A stretch of DNA of 64,000 bases from Hydrurus foetidus (taxonomy: Eukaryota): positions 1-64,000 of the forward strand of contig UYFQ01000858.1 in NCBI GenBank assembly GCA_900617105.1, in the 5' to 3' direction. The notes below the pieces were generated by a model. The model saw only the letters and a program-made list of their open reading frames with translations, was not told where the DNA came from and made no database searches. The translations under genes were made by a program, and so were the position numbers. The first letter of the stretch is position 1; each line of letters opens with the position of its first letter. Positions 36,818-47,375 of this stretch are shown here, piece after piece.

Positions 36818-37907
36818 CGGAACATACGTGATAAATTACACAACATCATTTTTAAACTTACCGCTTTCACGTGTTGAAAAACGCTTGATGGGTATAGTAT
36901 AGAAAGGAGGCGTACATACGCAAAAGCGGCACTTTTTATATTTGTTTCTCTTTTTATAAAAGAAGAATGGTCTGTACGAATGAATAAAAAGACTTCCAAG
37001 CTACAGAATTGTATTTTAGAAACATCTTGAAATATGAATAAATCACAATTTGCATTCACTTTTAATTGACGCTTCAAAAGGAAGCATTTTATTTCTACAT
37101 TTGGAATGTTCCCCAGAAGACTCAAATGTTCTGTCTCCGTATTGAAGATAAGAAAGAGATTAAGATTGTTAGATACAGTACTTTGAAAAAGGAGAAAGCA
37201 TATACATTCAACTAAAGAGCTGTGCGTTAGCATCTAAGTGAATCTTTCCATTTATCGTAACATAGACCATTACATTCCGGAATCTTCAGGTCTAGGATCC
37301 AGGGAGTGTAGTATCTTCCATTCTCTTATATAGAACCCAGTAATCTCCTCTGTTACTCTGTCTTTTTTCCTTTCCTTTCCTTTCCTTTCTTTTTTTCTTT
37401 CTTTCCTTTCCTTTCCTTTCCTTTCCCTTCCTATCCTATCCTTTCTTTTCCTTTCCCTCATTTCAGTCATCTATATAATATATTTTGTATGATCCGTGGT
37501 GCACAAGAATGAAAAGTTGCGTATAGATGAGAGAAGGAGAGGAAAGAGAAGCATACGGGTTGCAGAGAAAGCCGTCAACAACGAACAGCCAAGCTAAGCT
37601 GGCTGCACTATTAACAGTCCTCATCCGGGTTGATGATGTACGTAGGTACGTGTCATGTGCGTAAGTACTGTTGTGCTTTGTTCTGGACACAGAAATGCTC
37701 AATACTTCAAATTGGTGAGAAGACATTCCCAGGACAAAAACGGAGACAGATTGATCTAAGTGATAGATACCTCCAGAGACGCCATGTAGACTGGTCCACC
37801 ACAGTGCGTGATGTGCATGCGACCACCTCTCATTCCGCCCGTACGATATGATCGATATCATGAGGACTTATTGCGTGGCATTGCGTTGTACTGTACCGCA
37901 TAACATT

Positions 37908-38046
37908 AGAGTGTTTTTGCAAACCCGATTTTGACCACTTTTCGCAGCACTGCTTGTCGTATATGCACTCAAATTCACCGTTACTGCACGCTCCTCAATC
38001 CGTGTGTGTTGCCGAAAGTGCGAAATCGGGTTTGCAAAAACACTCC
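37908..38046. mobile_element. Small MITE with ~23-bp TIRs, possible 3-bp TSD ATT
   Basis: gagtgtttttgcaaacccgattt ... aaatcgggtttgcaaaaacactc; ATT on both flanks. Confidence 0.7.
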
Positions 38047-38711
38047 ATTGCATAGCAGTGCGTTGCAAGCATTGTATTTCATGTCATGTCATGCCACTGA
38101 ATCGCACTGCAGTGGGCCACCATGGCATGGGTTGAGAGGCAGAGAAGGAGTGCTGAGACAGAGATGAGATACTGATCTCCAGGGGGAAGTGTACAGCAGT
38201 CAGTGAATTAGATACTGTCTGAGCTCATCGTAACGTACTGCAACGCATCAAAGTGTGCGTATTGATATTGATGTGCTTTGACGTACTGTACTGCCATGGT
38301 CCCTCTTTTTCTCTTCGATCTTTTCCCTCTCCTGTTGAGTGCTATTCATATCCGATATCGGATACCCAGTAGTCAGAGGCACGACTTAAGTTCTATCCAA
38401 GTTTCTTCCTGTAAAAGAGCTAGGGCCCTAGCTACTTGTAGTGTTCATTCGAAGGGTGCCCTATCCAGGGTACAGGGAAAGAGAGGGGCCTCCAGACCCT
38501 GGCTCCTCCGCAGCTTTCTTCTTTCTTCTTTCGTCTCTCTTTCTTCCCTCCTTCACTCTTTATACCTCTTTCATCCCATGCACGCAGAAGGTGTAAGGCC
38601 TTGCACTGCGTGAGTGGCGATGTCCAACAGAATAGGAAAACGCTGTGTTCAACTCGTTAAAGGAGCGCACACTCAGAGTCTTGGAATCTGACCCAAAATC
38701 CCTCCCTATCT

Positions 38712-40902
38712 TTATCCCACATTGCCCAATGGTAGGCGGGTGAATCTTCTTCTCAGCGAGCTCTCCGAAGGAACACTCACACTCACAGGGGCAGATAGGT
38801 CAGACACATTTAGTGGGGCATTGGCACTAGCATTAGCAAAAGTTGATCCCCTTTGGGAAGGACTAGAAAGGATGCCTTGAGATGGGAGTAACTGTTGAGG
38901 GGGCGGAACAGGGACGGACTCTGGATCTGACATGGAATCAGGGATGGACACGGGGACGGATCGGATGGTGGCTACAGGCACTGGTACTGAGTGTGGTGTG
39001 AATATCCTCCTACCCATAGGGGGGGACTGAGTAACCGATCTCATTGAAATAGGAGCGGATGGAGCGGGTATAGAGGATGGGGGTAGTTCTCCGTCATCGC
39101 TATCGTCTGAGTCTGACTCGCTGTCTGACACCATGATGCGTCCCATGTACCGGATGAGCAGCAGAAACTGCAGTGTGTGGATATGTCAGGAATGTAGTGT
39201 ATTGTAATGTGGTGATGCAGTGTAGTATAGTGTAGTGTATTGTGCGGGTAATTGAGGGTCTGTTCAATATGGTGATAATGGCGATTGACGATGGATTACG
39301 ACAGGCTTCACAGTTAATACTGATGAGTGGATATTGCGGTCATGCACCAATCAATCAGAATTACAAGAAATGCTTTTGGCTTGTAAATCAGATCAATTAT
39401 AATATCTAAAACTCACCACCATAAATCCGAGTTGCAGAAGTGTAACGGAGCCGACACCTATCACCCATGCGGTCGTTGGGTAGTAATAAAGATACCATCT
39501 GGGAGTAAAGTAAAAATAGAGAAATAAGTGACGTTAGGTATAAATCAAGTGAGAGCGAAAAAAACGAAATAGATAGAGAATGAGAGGAGAAGGGAAATAA
39601 AAAAGGGAGTGATAACTGTCCACCATCTTATAGATCGGCATATTGGACAGTGATAGTGACTGTCATAGATAATTGTAATTGCAATAAGTGCTGTGTAATG
39701 ATGGTGACTATTCTAGATGTGATAGTTGGAATGTGACAGTTGGAATGTGACATCTAACAAATGAGAACGATGAGAATAGTTTCATTCGCTGCTAGAGATC
39801 AGTATATTTTCCAGAATGTTATCAATTCTAGTGAGGAATATAGCTGCAAACTTCGAGAAGAAATCGGGAACGCTTATACAAAGAGGTGTAATTACTACTA
39901 GGCTATTGCCACTCACCAAAATAGATTACTAGTAAGGTAGTTGTAGTACTTTGTGCCACATGCTACCCACACTATCAATCGTAGTTACATTTCGTTGACA
40001 GGATGTCTGTGTATATCAGCAAGCAAACCACACCGTCATGATTACGAGAAGTTGACTTACGTTAGACCAGACAGCATGGGCATCACGGTGATCTTCGCGT
40101 CATTCATATCGATTTCCGCTGAAGATAATTTCAACTCTAAAAACTCAGAAGTCAAAACTACCCCAGGAACCTTCGAACGAGAAGGTTCAGAAGGTTCCCG
40201 AAACTCATTCATTACAGTCACAAAGACATCGGAAGCCTCAGCAATAGGTAAGAGTCCCATGATTCTCAAAGGATATTTGACGATAGAATCGAGAAAAAGA
40301 GAGACGCACGATTGGTACGGCACCACTACAGGCCGAGAAGATGTCGCAACTAAATCTCCAGCTGAGTCAACAACCTTGGCGTAAACCATAAACTTTCCCA
40401 TATTCATGTTCTTAGAGGAGGTCGCAAGATTAAACTTCAAATCTATCGAGTATCGAAATCCTGCCCTCAAGAATCTATTTCGGCCTTTACCACTGCACGC
40501 TTCAGTATTTGTAGAATATTTGACGCGACTTCTTTCACTCACATCGGCCGAGTCATTAATGGTGGGTGCATCTTTCTTTTTGCCTGATTCGTTCTCATCC
40601 AATAGACAAGTAGCAGCATAATACCACTGTTTTTCACGCGATGTCATGCTTATTCGAGCTACAGGTGGCGATTGTGCGAAGTCAAAGTAAATTGGTTCAC
40701 TAATCAGAGCCTTCGGAAGCAGAGTTGTGTTGACCAGATGATACACGAGTACCGAAAAAACAATCATAAGCAGAAAAATAGAAACATATTGAAAGATGGG
40801 CACTAGAACATTCCTTATGCTGCGAAGGGAGTACCATGCGACTTTAGAAATCAGGCGACGCAACCAAGTCGATGGAAGCGAAGCTCTGTCGCTCTCATCC
40901 AT
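38712..40902 (-). CDS. SEIPIN: Seipin (lipid droplet biogenesis protein); exons 40902-40061, 39498-39417, 39167-38712
   Basis: TM1, then EPIYFDF, YSIDLKFNLATSSKNMNMGKFMV, SSRPVVVPYQS; splicing gives SGLTWYLYYYP and TM2; acidic/Pro-rich C-terminal tail. Confidence 0.9.
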
Positions 40903-41627
40903 CAGTTGGTTGCGCAAGGTATCAGTAAGATGTGTGGGAATTCAACTGTTGTGTGGATTGTGGATTGCAAGCTGAAATGAAATCGAAATGTGTAGGTCTA
41001 GGTCACGAGTTGTCAACATGAGCGATGCCGGAATCCGTTGAAAAAGAGTCCACGGTATGCACGGTATTTACCGGTATTTTGATCTGTGAAAAAAGGGGTA
41101 GCCGGGGTAGCCTGGTAGCCTGCAGCAGTATAGCCACATCGAAAGAATGAAGTCGTGGAGAGAAACATCTGCTTCATATGCTGAAGATAGCCAATTCCAA
41201 AATGCAGTCGTCCGTTTTAGATAAAAGCTGCCATGTCGCTAAATCTACTATGTATACTGCAGTGAAAATGCTGATTCATCTCTGCTGAACACAACCGACC
41301 AAAATAAAATAAAATTGTGAAGTTTAGGTTCCTGAGATATCACAATTGGCTGTGGTATATCGAATTGATTGCATTGAAATGATCTTCATCGCATCAAGCG
41401 CAGAATTATTCAGCAACCTCCTCATAGAACAGTAGCTGATACGGTAGACCGATCTACAGCATTCTACTTCTCAGACAGTGACGTTTCTGGTGTGTCACTT
41501 CCACTTTCCACTTTCTATTGCACCGAATGTGCTCATGATTTAGCTCTGAGAAGTGGAACAGGGCGAATATCGCAGGCTTCGTCAAGAAAATCGTTCCGTT
41601 CTGAAGACTTGCCTACTACCGACAGCA

Positions 41628-43500
41628 ATGTCGTCTGGCGTGAAGGTACTCCTTATTTTGGGACTGTGCGAGGGATTCAGCTACTCCTTCCGTCAATCTA
41701 CCCGAACGCTATCAACAGTGACGAGATTTTCGTCTTTAACAGACACACAGTCATTCGATGCTACAGAAGTTGTCGTCATAGGGTCTGGTTTGGGTGGACT
41801 GTCGTGTGCAGCTGTTCTAGCAGCGAGCGGCGTGAAAGTTACTGTACTTGAGTCCCATTATGAGATTGGTGGATGTGCTCACGAATTCTTGTATCGAGAT
41901 GATGGTTCGACAGTAGCAAGTGACAGAATGAAACCTGAGGATCACAGCAACGTTTACCATTTCGAAGCTGGACCGTCACTGTACTCTGGTCTATCACAAT
42001 CGAGATCACCCAACCCTCTGAAGCATGTGTTCCAGATGATCGGCGAAGAGCCCAAATGGATTACTTACGACATATGGAAGGGTGAGATGACTTGTCACTC
42101 TTATAGTGGTGATTACGTATGCCTGTTAATAATCTTATTGGCTGACAGGTTATTTTCCGGAAGCTGTTGATGGTAATCTACAAGGCATCGGTGCTGGAGC
42201 GTTCGAGCAGACACTGCAACAATATGGCGGACCCACTGCTCTGTCTGACTGGCAGAAACTAGCAGCAGCTCTGCGACCACTTACTGATGGGGTAATGTCT
42301 CTACCTACTGTTGCCATCCGACCCGACCTAGGAGCATTGCTTACTCTAGGTCGCTACCCTGTGGCCATTGTAAAAACAATCCAACAAGGCCAGAACTTAG
42401 TGCGACCTTTTTCAGATTACTACAAAGAACTTGGCACAGAGGATGTTTTCCTTAAGAACTATTTGAACCTGCTGTGCTTCCTTCTTCAGGGTCTGCCAGC
42501 TGAGGGAACATTGAGCGCAGTTATGGCCTACATGATCGATGATTTCTTCAAACCGAATGCTGTGATGGATTTCCCTGAAGGAGGATCTGGTGCCATTGCG
42601 TCAGCATTGGAGAGAGGAATTATGAAATATGGTGGCAAAGTTGTGAGAAGGGCTCATGTGGAAGAGATAGTGATTGAGGAGGGCAAAGCAGTGGGGGTTC
42701 GATTGAGATCAACCAGTGCAAATGGAGAAGGAAAAGTTGTGAGGGCCAGTAAAGGGGTAGTGAGTAACTGCGACATGTGGAGCACATATAACATGATTCC
42801 TAAAGGAATAAAAGGGGCGGAGAAATTAGACGAAGAAAGGGAAGTATTGCTTCAGAACACAGAGATGTGTAAATCGTTCATGCACTTGCATTTGGGCATA
42901 GATGCTGCTGATCTGCCCCCTAACCTGCCCCCTCAATGGACTGTGTGTGCAGACTGGTCGCTACCCATTGATGCACCAGGGAACGTTATTGTCGTCTCTG
43001 TTTCCTCCTTATTAGACCCTTCTCTAGCCCCTAAAGGTCGCCATGTCATTCACGCGTACACAGCAGGCAATGAACCATACGCAATATGGGAGAAATTCGA
43101 CAAAAAAAGTGATAAATTCGTTGGAACCAGCGAAAGTCATAAAGAGGAGTACGAGAAATTAAAGACTGACCGGTCTGCCTGTTTGTGGGCAGCTATTGAG
43201 AAAGAAATACCGGATGTGCGGGCACGCACTAAAGTGCAGCTAGTCGGAACACCACTGACGCATGCGCGTTTCAACAGAAGACATCAAGGAACGTACGGTC
43301 CTGCTATAGCAGCTGGGAAAGGAACATTCCCCGGCCAAGCTACCCCATTGAAAGGATTATATCGGTGCGGAGACAGCACTAACCCAGGGATAGGGGTGCC
43401 TGCTGTAGCTGCTAGTGGAGCAATGGCTGCGAATGCGTTGATACCTGTGTGGAAACACATCGAACTGCTCAACAGAATTAAAATGCCCGAGAAAGTTTAA
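41628..43500 (+). CDS. Carotenoid isomerase (CRTISO)-like / phytoene dehydrogenase-family FAD enzyme, probably plastid-targeted; exons 41628-42081 and 42149-43500
   Basis: [13 protein letters not shown] motif, [58 protein letters not shown]; signal peptide ending CEG-FSY (ASAF-like). Confidence 0.92.
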
Positions 43501-43914
43501 TCACTTACTCGTAAATTTTCTTTTCTTGTTTTATTATCTCATTTATTTACAGTGTTCTACACATAATAAAAATTTATTCGATGTGTAATCTATTGCCGAA
43601 GATGTATAACAAATTATTGATTTTTGAAAATAATCTTCAGTTCAGCTTCATGGAGAACGTCACGTGTGGCGATGTTGTGAGATTCTATTTTCTTGTTCGT
43701 TATGACAACAAATTAAATGTCCGATTTTCTGATTTGCATGATATCGTTAGCCTCACTCCTTTCTCCTACACTAATAATGCACAGGTGCAGTCTTTATAAA
43801 GACAAAATTGAAAATGAGCAATGCAGTCTTTTCGATCACGCAACTTTCTTGACCCTTCCCCCCCCACCCCTCACCTAATGTAAAAAAGGAAGGAGCATAA
43901 TCACGCAACGTTAG

Positions 43915-44048
43915 TTGCGTGATGACCCAAAGTCCCGCTCACAAAAATTCCAGGAGTTGCGTGTATCTAGAAATATGTCTCTTGCGTGATGACCCAAAGT
44001 CCCACTCACAAAAATTCCAGGAGTTGCGTGTATCTAGAAATGTGTCTC
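43915..44048. repeat. 67-bp tandem duplication, probably within a degenerate MITE (~43825-44050)
   Basis: ttgcgtgatgacccaaagtccc.ctcacaaaaattccaggagttgcgtgtatctagaaat.tgtctc occurs twice; tcacgcaac/gttgcgtga inverted motifs nearby. Confidence 0.75.
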
Positions 44049-44205
44049 GGTAGAACAAAAGGATGTTTACTTTATCATGTACAGTGGTTTATCTAAAAAA
44101 AATCAAATTTTACAGTCGCCATCCTATTCTGGAGAACAAGATTTTCTTTCTAAGGTAAATGACATGACATATAGTGACGTGTTATTTGCAATGTGCACAG
44201 AACAG

Positions 44206-46148
44206 CTAATACTTGTTGTGAATAATTTGTATTAGGTCGTTTTCTATTACATAAACCATTTCTCTGACTGTGTTAACACCCGAGGGTGAGCATGTGAAAT
44301 GGCAATAAACAGTCACACTGGTGCGACTATTTTCATTAGATATATCGAGCAACGAAAATTTCCCTTTCAGATGTGGAGATTTCCTGAACATTGTTGTGTA
44401 ACGGTCGAATGCAGCTGATGAGGAAGACCAATTCTTTTTAGAGTCAGGGAATGTCACGCTAATGTCTTTCGCCAAGTAGCCCACAGCAGCTGGAATATTG
44501 TGATTGTTAAAGGCTTCGTAGTATCCGCGTAATACTTTAAGAGCGTTTGCAGAGGGAATGACTGAGGAGCTACTGTGTCCTTGTCCTTGTCCTTGTGAAG
44601 AGGCAGAGATGGAGACAGTAGCAGACACCTCTGAGGAAGATTCTCCCGTATAGCTGATAGCACTGCCCACACTCTTGGCTCCCGCCATTGAGTCAGTTTC
44701 ATTGTCACCGTCACTCTTCCTCACGTCATCTCTAGGAGAGTTCTGCTGGAATAGAGAAGACAGCCCTGGGCTCCCATTTAATTTATCTTTAGCTGTTTCG
44801 CCTTGATCTGCATCTACCACTGAGGATGGCCCGTACCCTGCCACCCAGTTGAGCATGTCGTAGAAGTTGAAGCAGGAGCTCTCACTTCCTGAGTCAGCAC
44901 ATCCTTGGAATCCCACCTCAGGCACAGCTGTAGTAGCATCTAATCAGCACAAACAGCAACAGCAAGATAAAATGATGATAAGAAATCGGCTTAACAACAG
45001 AGTAAATAAGGTGGCATCGACAATGCGGATAAATATGACAGGTGTTAATTGCATGGAGTTCGTTAGAAAGACATCAATTGTCAACTTGAAAGATCCATGC
45101 CTCCCATAATTCAGTTAAGATGATGAACAGTAGTCTCACCTTTCTGTTTTACCAGCGCTTCTCTGTCAAGAATGGACTGGGGACACATCGAGAATCGTGC
45201 TGGTATTTGTATTATTTGAGCTGTTGTGTCGGGTCGGAACGATTCTGCTAGGAACCCTGCGATGGGATCCACTGTATCTCCAGGCTCCTCGAAGTGAGTG
45301 TGATCTGCTCTAGGACACACGCGGAGACGCTTCACATGAGAAGCACATTTTTCAAATAAAGTCTCTGAGTGTTTGCATGGAATGACTTCATCGAACTCTC
45401 CGTGAACGAAGAGGGACGGACAGGTGACGGATGTTATCCTCGTAGCGCTGTCCCATCTATTGTCGATAACACCTGCCAGTAAGCCTGATATCATGTTCAG
45501 TGAACCCTTCAAGTCCCGCACAATATCACAAATAGATAAATACGCTGCGACAGTTACTAATGCACCAGGCGGGGTTCCTGCGAGACAAAGTTCAGAAGCT
45601 AGCTGTATCGAGGGCCCTGTTCCGATACTGTATCCCATTAGAATAATGTTCTTAGGAGGATATCCCAGGAAAAGTAGGAAGTTGAAAGCGGTTCTCAGAT
45701 TATCATTCACGGATTCCTCTCCAGCAGTCCCTTCTGCAGGACCATAACTGGGATACTCGATCGCAAATACAGATGTATTAAACCTGAATGAATGAATAAT
45801 GAAATTAGCGGATGATACCAGCAAATGTTGAGTTCTTTGTACTGTCACCATTGGGCGTAGAAAAAAGTGATACTCTTGAAATCTCCTAGTGAGCCACCAT
45901 TGCCGTGTGAGTATAACAAAATGCTCTTGGTGCCTTTTCGAATGAGATGATTCGGAAAGTAATGTCCAGCTTCATTCTTTAGCCAGATGAGCCCCTTGGA
46001 ATGAGTACCTAGTTTTTAACAGTGATCGCGCGCAGCCTTGGAGTTACAACGGTAGAATACGCAGAATGAGATGACATTTGGTTTGCTCACCCGAATACTT
46101 CCGTCCGCCTCCAGGCAACAGAATTTTGTTGACATAATCTAGACTCAT
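44206..46148 (-). CDS. ABHD17-like alpha/beta hydrolase fused to a C-terminal SnoaL/NTF2-like domain; exons 46148-46091, 46008-45849, 45783-45140, 44939-44206
   Basis: LLYSHGNG, EYPSYG, GYSIG nucleophile, HGEFDEVIP, ADH; C-terminal VLRGYYEAFNNHNIPAAVGYLAKDI; all junctions GT-AG and in frame. Confidence 0.85.
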
Positions 46149-46340
46149 CGGGCTGAAATCCAGAGGCGGCGTCCCACCTCTGGAAATGTCTGTAGGAACT
46201 GATTTGAAGCTAAATACGCAGGTCGTTCTGGTTTGGATTAGATACATGAATCTAATGAGTGCTGGTTTATGTTGGTGTTCAAATCCGTTTGTTTTTTCAA
46301 AATTTGCAGTGAAATTTGAATTTTCACAGATCTGGGATCA

Positions 46341-47065
46341 GATCCCAGTGCTGTCAAAAAGTCCGCACGGTTACTTTAGCCCCGGTAACTTCATGAATAA
46401 ATTTCAAAAAACACTTTGGAAAATTGCTTTCATGTAATTTGATAGTGCTTTCCGTGAATTCAAAATAAAAAAAGTCCAAAAATAATTTTATTCCACTGAT
46501 GTTTTTAATCACCTCAATATTCGCTTTTCCCAAATTTGACCAAACTTGTTTTCAGAGAGAAATAGGGTGGTCATCAAGTTAAGTGTACTTAACTTAGTAT
46601 GGAACCGCGAGGGTTTGACTTGAAACGGAAGATTTCTCGAGATACAATGACTTCAGTCGTAAATCGAGGTGTTTTCCCATGGAATCGGTGAAAATCACAC
46701 CCGAAAACAGTAAAAAAAATCTCGATTTACGACTGAAGTCATTGTATCTCGAGAAATCTTCCGTTTCGAGTCAAACCCTCGCGGTTCCATACTAAGTTAA
46801 GTACACTTAACTTGATGACCACCCTATTTCTCTCTGAAAACAAGTTTGGTCAAATTTGGGAAAAGCGAATATTGAGGTGATTAAACATCAGTGGAATAAA
46901 ATTATTTTTGGACTTTTTTTATTTTGAATTCACGGAAAGCACTATTAAATTACATGAAAGCAATTTTCCAAAGTGTTTTTTGAAATTTATTCATGAAGTT
47001 ACCGGGGCTAAAGTAACCGTGCGGACTTTTTGACACCGTGCGGACTTTTTGACAGCACTGGGATC
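46341..47065. mobile_element. Foldback-type non-autonomous DNA element with ~330-bp near-perfect TIRs and a 52-bp spacer
   Basis: Arm 46341-46668 is the reverse complement of 46721-47065 apart from ~2 substitutions, a 2-nt indel and a 19-bp duplication (47016-47053); GATC at both outer ends. Confidence 0.9.
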
Positions 47066-47204
47066 CCTGTCCATGAAAACGATCGGTACTTTGTTGGGAG
47101 GCAAGAATATAATGCGACCCAATTAATGGTGTACTGAATTAATAGTTTGATGTACTGAATTAATATTTTGATGTACTGAATTAATATTTTGATGTACTGA
47201 ATAC

Positions 47205-47310
47205 ACCCTAACTCTAGCCCTAACCCTAACCCTGACTCTGAGTTTAGCCCTAACACTAACTCTAATCCTGACCCTAATTTTCACCCTAATCCGAACCCTA
47301 ATCCTAACCT
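47205..47310. repeat. Degenerate interstitial telomere-like (CCCTAA)n
   Basis: ccctaactctagccctaaccctaaccctgactctga...ccctaatccgaaccctaatcctaacc. Confidence 0.8.
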
Positions 47311-47375
47311 TTAGTATTGATTTCAGTGCATCAAACTATTAATTCAGCACACGAATCTCTCCATTCAGTACACGG

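Noticed and set aside
37270..38613. Short ORFs between GT47 and seipin
   Set aside because: No motifs or consistent splice chain; the region reads as 3' UTR/intergenic sequence with a MITE
47205..47310. True telomere or chromosome-fusion scar
   Set aside because: Short, degenerate, single orientation and enclosed by element TIRs and a TSD
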